This document shows positions 1 through 10,270 of a stretch of DNA of 64,000 nucleotides, piece by piece. The notes under the pieces are model-generated. The model searched no databases. It worked only from the letters and a program-made list of their open reading frames with translations, and was not told where the DNA came from. Position numbers and translations under genes: made by a program. Within the stretch, counting starts at the first letter, position 1. Each line of letters starts with the position of its first letter. This DNA is from Deltaproteobacteria bacterium HGW-Deltaproteobacteria-15 (GTDB lineage Bacteria > Desulfobacterota > DSM-4660 > Desulfatiglandales > HGW-15), in contig PHBH01000006.1 of NCBI GenBank assembly GCA_002840535.1, positions 73,159 through 137,158 of the forward strand, in the 5' to 3' direction.

Positions 1-275
1 AAGAGCAACGCGAGGGAAGGGTCCTGAAAATCGCCGTGAAGGCTGTGAAGGTCTTCCCAGAGGATTGGACCGATATCGTTCCCGTGGACTTCAGGGATGT
101 AACAGCAGAAGTGGTCGTTTCCCGTTGCCCCGGACCCGCTCCGCTTCGTGTTGGCCTTTTCAGCGACAAGCACATTCAAACCCTGGCCGGCCGCGCTGAT
201 GGCTGCCATCAGTCCCGCAATTCCACCGCCTGCAACGAGCAGATCGGTCGTTATCGTAGTCTTGTCAACTTCCAT
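1..275 (-). CDS. FAD-dependent oxidoreductase, SdhA/FrdA/AprA flavoprotein family (5' part, runs off the window edge)
   Basis: Not in the ORF track. Manual translation from ATG at 275: MEVDKTTITTDLLVAGGGIAGLMAAISAAGQGLNVLVAEKANTKRSGSGATGNDH..., with FAD-binding GxGxxG and EK..RSG motifs. Confidence 0.8.
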   Translation of the reverse strand, partial: MEVDKTTITTDLLVAGGGIAGLMAAISAAGQGLNVLVAEKANTKRSGSGATGNDHFCCYIPEVHGNDIGPILWEDLHSLHGDFQDPSLALL

Positions 276-299
276 TTAAACCCCCATAAAGTCCAGTAC

Positions 300-367
300 G
301 CCACCAAGACACAAAGCCACCAAGAGAAACGTGTCTTCGTGTCTTTGTGTCTTTGTGTCTTTGTGGC
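300..367. repeat. Octamer-period inverted repeat, family A (GCCAC-AAGACAC...GTGTCTT-GTGGC)
   Basis: GCCACCAAGACACAAAGCCACCAAG ... GTGTCTTCGTGTCTTTGTGTCTTTGTGTCTTTGTGGC. Confidence 0.85.
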
Positions 368-382
368 TGATCATTTTCTCCC

Positions 383-1678
383 TCAACCTTTGCGCATGCT
401 GGTGGGAAGCCAGAGCGCAATGTCCGGAAAGATCATCACCAGAGCAGTCGTCACGAAAATGGCAATGATCAGGATCCCGGTCCCTCGATAGACATTCATC
501 AGATCCACTTTGGATGTTGCGGCCACCACAAAAGCGACCATCCCGACCGGAGGGAACACGAGGCCCATCGACACCATCAGCGTGGACATCACGCCGAACC
601 AGACCGGGTCGAACCCCGCCGCCGAGATCAATGGAAAAGAGAGCGGCAGGGTGAGCAGCAAAAGGGGGATCTCATCCATGAACATGCTGATCACGAAATA
701 CCCTATCGTGACCCCAATGATGATGACCCAGCGGTTGATCTGCATCTCCATCACCGAGGCCACCAGGTTCTGTGGAACCTGGCTCTGGGTCATGAAGTAC
801 CCGAAAAGATTCGCGCCGATCATGATGATGAAGATCATGGCAGAGGTTCGGATCGTCTCTCTGAGTGCATGCAGCGCGCTTGCCCAGGAGAGGCGTCTGG
901 TGAAAATTCCGATGAGCATCGCGGCAAAGGCCCCCACCGCCCCCACCTCGGTGGGAGTGGCCACCCCGCTGTAGAGCAGCACAATCACGAGGATGATGAG
1001 CAGGAGGCTGGACCAGATTCGCACCAGGCTCCTCCATCGCTCGGACCATGATGTTTTCACGGTTTGGGGTGCGTTGCCCGGGCTGACGGTCACCCAGATC
1101 ATGATGGTCGCTGCAATGAGTATCGCCAGCAAGATTCCGGGCAATATCCCTGCGATGAGAAGGGCGCCGATCGATGTCTGGGTGGCGACCCCATAGATCA
1201 CCATGGGAACACTCGGCGGGATCAGGATGGTAAGTGTTGCCCCCACGCCCACGGCCCCGGCGGCAAGGGGATCGGAATACCCGTAACGGCGCATGTTGGG
1301 TATGGCCACATTGGCCATCACCGCTGCAGCAGCGACACTCGCGCCTGACATGGCGCCGAAGATGCCGCAGGCAAAAACGGTAGCGGTGGCCAATCCTCCC
1401 CGGATGTGCGAAAGCCAGTTGGCGGCTGCCGTGTAGAGGTCACGGGCAAGGCCGCTCGACGAGGAAAAGAACGCCATCAGCACGAACATGGGCACAGTAG
1501 TCAGGTTGTAATCGCCCACCGTATTGAAGGGGACCGCTTTCAATGTGGCCATCACCACGTCCCAGTTGCCCTTCACAATCCATATGCCCAGCATACCCGC
1601 CCCCCCCAGGGCAAAGGCAATGGGAATGCCCAGGATAAGAAAGACCACTAAGACGATGAATGGGATAGCGATTTCCAT
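383..1678 (-). CDS. dctM: TRAP transporter large permease
   Basis: 431 aa, hydrophobic; LIPPS, ATPTE, GFDPVWFG and PPVG motifs. Confidence 0.93.
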   Translation of the reverse strand: MEIAIPFIVLVVFLILGIPIAFALGGAGMLGIWIVKGNWDVVMATLKAVPFNTVGDYNLTTVPMFVLMAFFSSSSGLARDLYTAAANWLSHIRGGLATATVFACGIFGAMSGASVAAAAVMANVAIPNMRRYGYSDPLAAGAVGVGATLTILIPPSVPMVIYGVATQTSIGALLIAGILPGILLAILIAATIMIWVTVSPGNAPQTVKTSWSERWRSLVRIWSSLLLIILVIVLLYSGVATPTEVGAVGAFAAMLIGIFTRRLSWASALHALRETIRTSAMIFIIMIGANLFGYFMTQSQVPQNLVASVMEMQINRWVIIIGVTIGYFVISMFMDEIPLLLLTLPLSFPLISAAGFDPVWFGVMSTLMVSMGLVFPPVGMVAFVVAATSKVDLMNVYRGTGILIIAIFVTTALVMIFPDIALWLPTSMRKG

Positions 1679-1709
1679 GTTATGTCCTTTGCCGAACCAA
1701 GCCGGGCGC

Positions 1710-2225
1710 TCAGGAGCCGGTCGGTCCTTCCTCCCCCTGAAAAAGGGCCGATCCGCCCGTTTTCACGCGTGGAAAATCCAGGAGCAGGAAGAGCCCGGCC
1801 AGGAGAAACCCCAGGGGAATGAACGCCGCGCCGACCCACTGGGGGGCGGAGTAGATGGATCCAAGCGTAGTACCCTGGTGATAGGTTCGAACAGCATACT
1901 CGTAAGTGCCCCAGATGAGCACGGCACAGTAGACGATCGAGAAGATCTGGGACAGATAATTGATGGGGACCTTCACCGATCTCGGCAACCGGTCCATCAG
2001 AATCGTCACTCGGATGAACCCCGCGCCCCGGTAGGTGTAACTCATGCCGAGAAAGATCGCAATCAGCATCAGATACTTTTCGGTGATCTCGTAGGCTCCC
2101 GTGATCGGACTGTTGAACACGTATCGCCATACCGCATCCGCAGTAGTCAGGCTCATCATGGAGAACACGGCAGCCATGGCCACGTAGAGGAGTCCCCTCT
2201 CAACTAGAAGCAACCCTTTTCGCAT
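1710..2225 (-). CDS. dctQ: TRAP transporter small permease
   Basis: 171 aa, 4 TM, RYVFNSPI motif, between dctP and dctM. Confidence 0.9.
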   Translation of the reverse strand: MRKGLLLVERGLLYVAMAAVFSMMSLTTADAVWRYVFNSPITGAYEITEKYLMLIAIFLGMSYTYRGAGFIRVTILMDRLPRSVKVPINYLSQIFSIVYCAVLIWGTYEYAVRTYHQGTTLGSIYSAPQWVGAAFIPLGFLLAGLFLLLDFPRVKTGGSALFQGEEGPTGS

Positions 2226-2298
2226 GGACCTTCACACCCTCTCCCGAAAATGTGCTCAAGACATCATCCCTATGCAGGCCCCAGGCCGCAACCCAACA

Positions 2299-2386
2299 AG
2301 GTGTCGGGTGTCAGTGTTCAGGTTTCAGGGTTCGGGATTCTGATTTGCCGACACCTGACACCTGACACCCGACACCTGAAACCTGA
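2299..2386. repeat. Heptamer-period inverted repeat, family B (ACACCTG/CAGGTGT)
   Basis: GGTGTCGGGTGTCAGTGTTCAGGTTTCAGG ... CCGACACCTGACACCTGACACCCGACACCTGAAACCTGA. Confidence 0.85.
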
Positions 2387-2414
2387 TGCCCTTCTTGCCC
2401 AGATCTTCTCCGGC

Positions 2415-3443
2415 CTACTTCTTCTCCGAGAGCTTCCTCAGCTCTTCCAGAACCTTCTTGCCCGGCTTCTTCTTTGCTTCCAGATCCGCGGCATACTCAT
2501 CCTGAACCGGGATCACGGCCTTTTTCCATCTCTCCGCTTCTTGTGGCGGCAGGGTATAGAACTCGATCCCCTTGGCCTCCACCTCGGTTCTGGCCGCCTT
2601 TTCGAACTTGTCCCATTCCTTTCCGGTGAAGTCCACGGCCCAGTCGCCGCTCAGCTCATTGAACACCTTCTGGACATCCGGTGGAAGGCTGTCCCATTTT
2701 TTCTGGTTCATGATGATGAAGAAAAGATCATGGCCGAGGTCGACATCGGTCACGTACTTGGTGACCTCACCCAGTTTCCGGGAGATGAGCAGTTCCGCGG
2801 GCCGCGCAAATCCGTCGATCACTCCCTTGTCTCCCGCTTCATAGAGGTCGGGGGTAGGGATGGTGACGGGCGAAAGACCGAGGGCCTTTCCCACCTTCAC
2901 CCCGATGGCGCCGGACATGCCGATTTTCATTCCCTTCAGATCCTCCAGGGTCTTGACCGGCTTCTTCTTCGTATTCAACTTCATGTTCGGGGTCGTATGA
3001 AGCCAGAGCACCTTGACTCCCTTGTACTCCGCCTGCACCTCCGGGAAGGTCTTGTAAATATGCCAGAGAGCCTTTGCGCAGCTCTCCGCCGTGGCGAACC
3101 CCATCTGCGGAAGCGCGAGGAACTCGGTCAGCAGAAAACGACCCGGATTGCCGAAGGTATAAGCCTCGGTCATGTCACACACGCCCGCTGCCGTGGCATC
3201 GAAGGATTCGGCTACCGGGGCAAGGGTGTTGGAATAAAAGTGCTTGATCTTCACCTTTCCCTTGGTGCGCTCCTCGATCATCTTGCTCCATGGCTCCAGC
3301 ACATGGATGTTCCGAAGGTGCTTCGGCGGAACGAGGTGGTTGAAAGTCAGTTCAGTGGTCTGGGATTGAGCCGGGGCCGGGTAAAAGCTGAACCCGGCGA
3401 TGACCAGTGCCAATGCAAAAAATACCAACATTCCCTTTTTCAT
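2415..3443 (-). CDS. dctP: TRAP substrate-binding protein
   Basis: Start MKKGMLVFF (ATG 3443, GGAGG SD); signal peptide; DLKGMKI and WDSLPPDVQ motifs. Confidence 0.92.
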   Translation of the reverse strand: MKKGMLVFFALALVIAGFSFYPAPAQSQTTELTFNHLVPPKHLRNIHVLEPWSKMIEERTKGKVKIKHFYSNTLAPVAESFDATAAGVCDMTEAYTFGNPGRFLLTEFLALPQMGFATAESCAKALWHIYKTFPEVQAEYKGVKVLWLHTTPNMKLNTKKKPVKTLEDLKGMKIGMSGAIGVKVGKALGLSPVTIPTPDLYEAGDKGVIDGFARPAELLISRKLGEVTKYVTDVDLGHDLFFIIMNQKKWDSLPPDVQKVFNELSGDWAVDFTGKEWDKFEKAARTEVEAKGIEFYTLPPQEAERWKKAVIPVQDEYAADLEAKKKPGKKVLEELRKLSEKK

Positions 3444-3520
3444 GTTTGCCTCCTTTTTGGGTAAGCGTTTGCAGCACATGTGGTGGATAACCGACCTGAA
3501 AATTTCCGAAGGTTTCCTCT

Positions 3521-5455
3521 TCATACCGCTTCCAGTCCCGCCCGGGATATCTTGAGGGCGCGTTTCTTTCGCCAGGACCACAAAGTTCCCCCCAGGCCCA
3601 GTGCAAACCCGACAGCCTGGAGTGAATAGACAGGAGAAAGGAGCCCGGCGGCACTGATTCCGAACAGGACTCTCTCCAAGGGACTCAATCGACTGTATAG
3701 GAAACCGGACAAACAGACCGCCGCGGCGAGAACACCGAAGGTGGCGGGGAAAACGGTATAGATGATCTTCAAGGGATCGCCAATCAGGAGAAGACCAGGG
3801 GAGTAGCAGAAGCAGAACGGCACCAGGTACGCTCCAATGCCAAGCCGCGTGGCGATGAAACCCGCTTTCATGGGCTCGCACTGGGCAATCCCTGCCGCAA
3901 CATACGCTGCAATCGCCACGGGCGGGGTCACAAAGGACATGGCGGCAAAGAAGTTCATGAACATGTGGGCCGCCACCGCCGGAATTCCCGCATGCGTCAT
4001 GGCCGGCGCGATCAGGATCACCAGCATGATGTATGTTGCTGCAATGGGCATTCCCATGCCCAGGATGATGGAAGCTGCTCCGGCAAGAACGAGCAGGAGA
4101 AGTGAATTCCCGCCCGAAATCGCAATGAGGGTATTGGACAGGTTGAGACCGAGATTCGTGAGAGAGACAGACCCGATGACGATGCCCGCCATGGCGCATG
4201 CCGAGCCCACCACCAGCACCTGCAACCCCGTCTCCTGAAGCGCTTTCAGGATTTTGGCCCAAAACCCGGCTCGAACCTCCCTTTTGAACAAGCCCACAGC
4301 CACCATCATGCCGGATGCATAGACGGCCGCTGTGCTGGGATCCGCATGCATGACAAAAAGAAAGTAAAGAAGTCCGGCCACAGGGATGGCGTAAAACCAG
4401 CCGCTTTTCAGGACATCCCAGACACGGGGCAGGCTCTCAGCCGGCAAGCCCTCGATCCCGGAGGCTACTGCCTCCCAGTGCACCTGCACCAGCAGGGCAA
4501 CATAGTAAAGCACCGCAGGGATTGCTGCGGCAAGGGCCACTTCGTAATAAGGAATACCCAGAAACTCAGCCATCATGAAGGCCGTAATGCCCATGACCGG
4601 GGGCATGACCAGGCCGCCGGTGGAGGCAACCGCCTCGACTGCAGCGGCAAAGGGCGGGTTATACCCCGTCTTTTTCATAAGGGGGATGGTCACCGAGCCG
4701 GTTACCGCCACGTTGGCCGAGGCGCTCCCGGAGAGTGAGCCGAAAAGACCGCTTGCAATCACTGCCACCTTGGCAGCCCCGCCTCTCTGCCTGCCCATGA
4801 GAGCCATGGCGATGTCGGAAAGAAACTCTCCCCCGCCTACCATGAAGAGACAGACCCCAAAAAGCAGGAAGGCCACAACCATTGTTCCGGCCACGCTGCT
4901 CGGGACCCCCAGGATGCTGTTGGGGTCCAGGTAGAGCATGGTGAAAAGCCGCTTCCAGGATACGCCCCTGGCATTCAGCAGCCCGGGGAAAAGATAGGCG
5001 AACCGGGCGTAGAACACCAGAACCAGGCCGATCACGACGAGGGGAAGGCCGATGATCCTTCTGGCAGATTCGAAGAGAAGGTACACGGCCAGAAACCCCA
5101 TGATCACTTCTTTGGGGGCGGCAAATCCCACCATGACGACCAATTCCCGGTAGAAAAGCATCACATTCCCGAAAATCACCAGGGAAATCACCACAAGGAT
5201 CCAGTCATACCAGGGCACACGGTCGCGCGGCGAGGATTTGGCCGCCGGTACGTTGAGAAATACCGAGGAGAGGAACAGCGCTATGAAAACCCCGAGGTAT
5301 TGTTCCTTATAGATCTGGATGCCGAGGTATGTCTGGACATCCGCAACGTAGAGAATGCAGGCGATCGGTAACAGGGTCAGGAAAATCTTCGATAGACCCC
5401 CACTGAACCCGTCCAGAGACCTGAATTTCCCTCCTGTTTTTTTGGGCTGGGACAT
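3521..5455 (-). CDS. TRAP fused 4TM/12TM permease (TAXI type)
   Basis: GGAAKVAV, EAVASTGG, PPVMG, LGMGMP, TPPVA motifs; likely start MSQPKK. Confidence 0.92.
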   Translation of the reverse strand: MSQPKKTGGKFRSLDGFSGGLSKIFLTLLPIACILYVADVQTYLGIQIYKEQYLGVFIALFLSSVFLNVPAAKSSPRDRVPWYDWILVVISLVIFGNVMLFYRELVVMVGFAAPKEVIMGFLAVYLLFESARRIIGLPLVVIGLVLVFYARFAYLFPGLLNARGVSWKRLFTMLYLDPNSILGVPSSVAGTMVVAFLLFGVCLFMVGGGEFLSDIAMALMGRQRGGAAKVAVIASGLFGSLSGSASANVAVTGSVTIPLMKKTGYNPPFAAAVEAVASTGGLVMPPVMGITAFMMAEFLGIPYYEVALAAAIPAVLYYVALLVQVHWEAVASGIEGLPAESLPRVWDVLKSGWFYAIPVAGLLYFLFVMHADPSTAAVYASGMMVAVGLFKREVRAGFWAKILKALQETGLQVLVVGSACAMAGIVIGSVSLTNLGLNLSNTLIAISGGNSLLLLVLAGAASIILGMGMPIAATYIMLVILIAPAMTHAGIPAVAAHMFMNFFAAMSFVTPPVAIAAYVAAGIAQCEPMKAGFIATRLGIGAYLVPFCFCYSPGLLLIGDPLKIIYTVFPATFGVLAAAVCLSGFLYSRLSPLERVLFGISAAGLLSPVYSLQAVGFALGLGGTLWSWRKKRALKISRAGLEAV

Positions 5456-5533
5456 TGTCGTACCACCTGTATGGATCTCCAGGGCCGGCATCCGCTGACG
5501 CCGGCCCTGGAATGAAATCCGGAAAGGAACCTT

Positions 5534-6544
5534 CTATTTCTTCTTCATTTTGAGCAGCGCATCCTGATGGGCCTGCATCTTGTCGGTCCATACCCCTTTT
5601 TCCTTGTAGAATTTGATCGCACCCGGATGATAAGGGGCGGTTGCCTGTTCCCCTACGAATCTTTCTTTCACCCAGTCCTTGAGCTGCGGATGCTTGGGGG
5701 CCAGCTCTGCATCATGTTCCCAGACGGTTTTCACGATGGTATAGGCCTCGCCTTCAGACAGGTCGGCGCGTGCCACGAGATCGAAGTTGCGGGTGACGAG
5801 AACAGTGTCCCGTTCGATGCCGAGCGGGCCTTTCTTTACGGTCATGGGGAAGTAAGCTTTGGAGATCTCGTGAACCTGGGGCCAATGCTTATCGCCGGCC
5901 TCAAGGTAAAGGATGCCGCCTCTGGCCGCTGCAAGCTCTCTGAAGGCCGGAACGCCGATGCCGCCGAAACAGGCATCCGCCTTTTTCTCGGTCACGAGTC
6001 GCACTGCTTCAGGGATGTCGGAGGCCTTGATCACCACAACGTCTTTTTCCGTAAGCCCCCCAGCGATCAGCGAGGCTCTGGAGCCGATATTCAACGCCTG
6101 CTGGGTCCCATGATCCAGCACCACCCTCTTTCCTCTCAGATCCTGGTAGTTCTTGATCCCGGAATCGCCCGCCACCAGCTGGCTGGCTGCATTCCGCATG
6201 CCCAGCATCAGCAAACGGACGTCATACCCTTTGCCCTTTGTCTGCCTCTCGAAGATTCCCCTGCCGAGATAGGCATATTCCAGCTCGTCATTGGCCAGCA
6301 TGACAAGATCCACCTCGTGCGATGCCATGAGAGGCAGGGTCATGATGTTGCCCTGCGGAAGAACTTCTATCTTCATGCCGGCATGGTTCCCGACCACCTC
6401 GGAAATGGCCGCACCGAACACATAGAAAAGCGCGCCCACCGATGCCGTTCCCATCCTGAGGGACTGCTGCGCAGCCGTGGCGGGGGCAAGGGGCAACAGA
6501 CTCATCGATGCTACCAGGAGACAAACCACCAAAATCTTTTTCAT
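5534..6544 (-). CDS. TAXI family TRAP solute-binding protein
   Basis: Signal peptide MKKILVV; GTASVG, DLRGKRV, PYHPGAIKFYKE motifs. Confidence 0.92.
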   Translation of the reverse strand: MKKILVVCLLVASMSLLPLAPATAAQQSLRMGTASVGALFYVFGAAISEVVGNHAGMKIEVLPQGNIMTLPLMASHEVDLVMLANDELEYAYLGRGIFERQTKGKGYDVRLLMLGMRNAASQLVAGDSGIKNYQDLRGKRVVLDHGTQQALNIGSRASLIAGGLTEKDVVVIKASDIPEAVRLVTEKKADACFGGIGVPAFRELAAARGGILYLEAGDKHWPQVHEISKAYFPMTVKKGPLGIERDTVLVTRNFDLVARADLSEGEAYTIVKTVWEHDAELAPKHPQLKDWVKERFVGEQATAPYHPGAIKFYKEKGVWTDKMQAHQDALLKMKKK

Positions 6545-6594
6545 CTCGCTTCTCCTCTTCCTAAATAGATGAACAATCAAGAGGCACTCGTGCC

Positions 6595-7617
6595 TCACCT
6601 CAACTTCAGGAGTTTTTCTGCGTTTCCATGATAGAATTTCTCTTTGTCCGCATCGCAGATCGGCAGGATGCCCAGGGATTCGAGCGATTCCTTGCTGGTC
6701 TCAAAGGGATGGTCCGCGCCAAAGGCGATCACGTCTCCGCCCACGGCCATGTAGGCGCAGATGAACGCCGGCAGATAGTGCATGCCGCTCGAGGTGAAGA
6801 GGAAGTTTCTGTTGATGTAGTAGCTGGGCTTCTGTTTGCACCTGGGTTTGAGCGTCTGATCGACCCAGGGTTTCAGCCAGTAGAAATCGATCCGGTACAG
6901 CCAGAAGGGAAGACCCTCTCCCATGTGGCCGAGCACGATCTTCAGCCCCGGGAACCTGTCGAAGAGCCCGCTGTAGATCAACCGCATGGTATGGAGGGAT
7001 GTGTCTGCGCCAAAGCCGAAAGGAGGGCCGGCCAGAGGGAATCCGAAGTCTTCAAACCCTTTCAGGATCGCAGGCGAAGGAATAGTGGGGTGCAGATAGA
7101 TCGGCACGTCCAGCTTTTCTGCCGTTTCGAAAACGGGCCAGAATTTCTGATTGTCCAGGTATTCCCCCCTCACATGGGAATTCAGCTTGGCGCCCCTCAT
7201 TCCGAGATCCTTCACCGCGCGCTCAAGCTCGTTGGCCGCTGCCACAGGGTCCTGGGGTGCCAACGCGGCCAGTCCCACATACCGGTCGGGGTATTTCTTG
7301 ATTACCTGTGCCAGTTCGTCATTGGACTTCCGGGCCATGGCGACGCCGTCCGAAGTCTCGAACTGCTCGCAGCCGGGGACGCAAAGGCTCAGCACCTGGA
7401 TGTCCACCCCGGCAGCGTCCATCTCGGCAAGCCTCTTCTCGCCCACGTCGAGGAGTTTCTCTTCCAACTGGAAGCTCCTGGGCACGCGCAGCACCTCGGA
7501 CATATGGAGGTGGATGTTTTTCTCTCGAACCTCTTCCCTGGGAGGCGACTTCCTGGAACGGAGATAATCGAGGTAGTCATTCGTGTAAAAGTGGGCCTCA
7601 AGATCGATGATTTTCAT
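6595..7617 (-). CDS. Amidohydrolase_2 family protein, aromatic acid decarboxylase-like (LigW/gamma-resorcylate type)
   Basis: IDLEAHF, DIQVLSL, YLHP, GHMGEGLPF, ADHPFE motifs. Confidence 0.85.
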   Translation of the reverse strand: MKIIDLEAHFYTNDYLDYLRSRKSPPREEVREKNIHLHMSEVLRVPRSFQLEEKLLDVGEKRLAEMDAAGVDIQVLSLCVPGCEQFETSDGVAMARKSNDELAQVIKKYPDRYVGLAALAPQDPVAAANELERAVKDLGMRGAKLNSHVRGEYLDNQKFWPVFETAEKLDVPIYLHPTIPSPAILKGFEDFGFPLAGPPFGFGADTSLHTMRLIYSGLFDRFPGLKIVLGHMGEGLPFWLYRIDFYWLKPWVDQTLKPRCKQKPSYYINRNFLFTSSGMHYLPAFICAYMAVGGDVIAFGADHPFETSKESLESLGILPICDADKEKFYHGNAEKLLKLR

Positions 7618-7854
7618 GAAACTCTCGCTCCTCTAAATGATTTCCCTTAACCCGAATTCCGACGGGGCTGCAGATCCCCCCCCGCAGGAAAAAGCGCAAG
7701 AAGCGTGCCTTGCCCGCGGGTTGAATGAGTTCCTGCCATCCTCTCCTAAACGCTGTAAATTCCTCTCATTCCTTTTGCCCCGCCAAGCGGGGTTGAATCT
7801 GAGTATTCTGTCCCAAAAGGAGTCAGGTGTCTTGGTTTGAGACATCCGGATTCC

Positions 7855-8556
7855 TCATTCCTGAATCTGACGCGACAGCCGCGTCAGCCACTTCTTGTCA
7901 ACGGTCAGGAAACCATCCAGGATCAAAGAGAAGCCTCTGTAGAAATCCGTGGAAGCATGTTTTTCGACTTCCCGGCAGAAATCCCCCGCCCATTTCCCAA
8001 GGTGTTCCTCCAGGAATTTTTCTTCGTGCGTTATCGTTTCCCTGAGTCCCCCGTCGTCCAACCATTTCTCCTGCTCCCGCAGACAGAGCTGTTTCATGAA
8101 ATCCAGTTCCACAAAAAGGAAATCGGCCGATTCCTGATTGTTCATATCGGGCAGGAGCCCGGCCATGCGATAAAACCGGATGACCTCCAGCACCGATTCC
8201 CCAGCTGCTTTCCTGCGTTTGTAAAGCCCTTCATATGGGGGTTTCAAATCCGAGTGGCCGGTGCCCCTGACTATCCTGGTCCGATCAACCGAGAGCTCCA
8301 TCAACACCTCTTCATCGATTCTCCCCTGGAGGGAGGACTGGTAGGAGGTCAGGAGTCGGACTCCTGAATTCAAACGGTCGTTGTCCAGTTCTCTGAAGCG
8401 CACCAGGAAATCCGGAAAATCCCCTTTTACGATCTTCTGGAGGAGGTCCGGGTCAGGCAGCCGTCGGAATACAGTCACCAGCATTTCATAAAAGGCTGCC
8501 CTTCCGGAGGCGACGTCTGCGCCTGCTTTGCCCGATACGACACTCTTCCTCCTCAT
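7855..8556 (-). CDS. TorD/DmsD family molybdoenzyme chaperone
   Basis: PPYEGLY, ESADFLFVELDFM, FLEEHLGKW motifs; ends a Mo-enzyme operon. Confidence 0.88.
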   Translation of the reverse strand: MRRKSVVSGKAGADVASGRAAFYEMLVTVFRRLPDPDLLQKIVKGDFPDFLVRFRELDNDRLNSGVRLLTSYQSSLQGRIDEEVLMELSVDRTRIVRGTGHSDLKPPYEGLYKRRKAAGESVLEVIRFYRMAGLLPDMNNQESADFLFVELDFMKQLCLREQEKWLDDGGLRETITHEEKFLEEHLGKWAGDFCREVEKHASTDFYRGFSLILDGFLTVDKKWLTRLSRQIQE

Positions 8557-8569
8557 GCATCACCCTCCG

Positions 8570-9607
8570 CTACAGAAAGGACTTCAGCTTCACGATCAGC
8601 GTGCTGAAAAAAACGCATACGCCCACGCTACCAAACGCCAGAATCCATTCGCTCGTCGAAGGGGAGTACCGGGGAGCATCCTCGTATCGACTGTAAGGCA
8701 GGGGAAGGGTGGGTTTGATCTGATACTGCTTCATGAGATGGGACTTCTCCAGGAAAACCGCCACGAGGATCAGCACCGAGAGGAGAGCAGGAATGACCCT
8801 GCTCTCAGGAGCGAACATCACGCCGATTGCCAGAGCCGCCAGGATGAAACTGTCGAGAGCGATGATCTTCTTCTGCTCCATGCTCCTGCTCTTGATGCTC
8901 AGAGAAGCGATATGACCGCCCACGAGCGGAATGAGCGTAACAGAGGCGAGGACCAGGAGGAGCCTTCCCACATGGGGGAAATGGGCGCCCGAGACCAGTG
9001 CGATCAGGTTCATGAGGGCCACGCCTCCCAGAAGGCTCTGGGCCAGTGTGTCCAGTCCGAGAAAGGGCTGGGATCTGAACCCCGCCCCGACCCTGGAAAG
9101 AAAGAACAGAGTGTGGATCATCACATAGCCAAGGGCCGCAAGCAGACACAGCACGGCCCAGAAGGTTGCCAGGGGCCCGGTTTGAGGAATCCACCCCAGA
9201 AAGAAAACCAGGCCGAGGATCCCGCAGAGAGTGAGCATGTAAAAATCCCAGGTGAGGGGCGAAGCAAAATTCTTCCCGGTCAGGATTTTGATCCCTCGAA
9301 AGGGCTTTCCCAGATCCGATCCCAGGAGCAGCGCTGCCGCGGCAAGACACCCCAGAGAAACAGCCGATCCGGTCTCGACCAGGGGTCGGACGGATTGGAG
9401 CTGGAACAGTGTGGCCACGGCCATGAAGATGAGGATTCCCCCTGCCAAGGCGGAAAAGAAGAAAAAGCCCTGCACGTAGAGCCCCCATGCAAAATGGTCC
9501 TCCAGCGCAGTCTGCCCCAGACCGGATTTCAGCTGTTTGAGAAACATCGCGGCCCAGAGTCCGGAAACCAGCAGCGCCACAATTACTATTACCCAGGAAA
9601 TCATCAC
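8570..9607 (-). CDS. NrfD/PsrC family membrane anchor
   Basis: WGLYV..FFF, DLGKP.R, SPLTWD, YSPS..EW motifs; many TM segments. Confidence 0.88.
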   Translation of the reverse strand: MMISWVIVIVALLVSGLWAAMFLKQLKSGLGQTALEDHFAWGLYVQGFFFFSALAGGILIFMAVATLFQLQSVRPLVETGSAVSLGCLAAAALLLGSDLGKPFRGIKILTGKNFASPLTWDFYMLTLCGILGLVFFLGWIPQTGPLATFWAVLCLLAALGYVMIHTLFFLSRVGAGFRSQPFLGLDTLAQSLLGGVALMNLIALVSGAHFPHVGRLLLVLASVTLIPLVGGHIASLSIKSRSMEQKKIIALDSFILAALAIGVMFAPESRVIPALLSVLILVAVFLEKSHLMKQYQIKPTLPLPYSRYEDAPRYSPSTSEWILAFGSVGVCVFFSTLIVKLKSFL

Positions 9608-9624
9608 ACTCTCCCTCGCGAAGA

Positions 9625-9662
9625 TCGGACTGATCAGTCCGATCGGTCCGATCAGTCCGATC
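9625..9662. repeat. Nonamer-period repeat/hairpin (GTCCGATCA/G)
   Basis: TCGGACTGATCAGTCCGATCGGTCCGATCAGTCCGATC. Confidence 0.75.
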
Positions 9663-9664
9663 CC

Positions 9665-10270
9665 TTACCCCTTAATATAGAACACCGACGGCTCAGTCCC
9701 GAGATCCTCCCGGAACGGCGCACCTCTGTAAAGTACGATCAGCCGTGAAGGCTCGCTTCCCGGATCGTCCAGGTCCCCGAATTTCCGTGCCCCGGCCGGA
9801 CAGGTCTCCACGCATGCAGGCAGACGACCTCTTTCCAGCCGCTGCACGCAGAAATTGCATTTGACCACGGTTCCCTTGTCGAAGGTCTTCTGTTTGATCT
9901 GTTCATAGGGCGTGGCCGGATGGCCCGCATAGTAGTTGCGAATGTCCCAGAGGAACTGCCTGCTGTCATAGGGACAGGCCACCATGCAGGCCCTGCACCC
10001 GATGCACTTTTCGTGATCGATGAGAATCGGACCATCATCCCGTTTGTAGGTCGCTCCCGTAGGGCAGACCTTCAGGCAGGGCGGGTCCTGGCAGTGCATG
10101 CAGGGCATGGGGAGGAATCTCATCTTTGCGTTGGGGTATTTTCCAGCTTCATATTTCATCACCTTGTGAAAATGAACCCCGGCCGGCGTCCCCTGCTCCG
10201 CGCGGCAAGCTACGGTGCAGGAGTTGCAGCCCACGCACTTCTGCAGATCTATGACCATGCCGTATCTCAT
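9665..10270 (-). CDS. 4Fe-4S electron-transfer subunit (DmsB/PsrB/PadC-like)
   Basis: Start MRYGMVIDLQKCVGCNSC (ATG 10270, overlapping upstream stop); four Cys groups. Confidence 0.92.
   Translation of the reverse strand: MRYGMVIDLQKCVGCNSCTVACRAEQGTPAGVHFHKVMKYEAGKYPNAKMRFLPMPCMHCQDPPCLKVCPTGATYKRDDGPILIDHEKCIGCRACMVACPYDSRQFLWDIRNYYAGHPATPYEQIKQKTFDKGTVVKCNFCVQRLERGRLPACVETCPAGARKFGDLDDPGSEPSRLIVLYRGAPFREDLGTEPSVFYIKG

Noticed and set aside
2415-4262. N-terminal extensions in the ORF track (615-aa DctP; also 21779-23611, 9665-10609, 14471-15907, 55423-56550)
   Set aside because: Extensions overlap neighbouring genes in another frame; downstream starts match signal peptides or family N-termini
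7633-7845. Small intergenic ORFs (7633-7845, 40368-40604, 53244-53441, 58603-58911)
   Set aside because: They run through repeats or gene remnants and show no protein motifs
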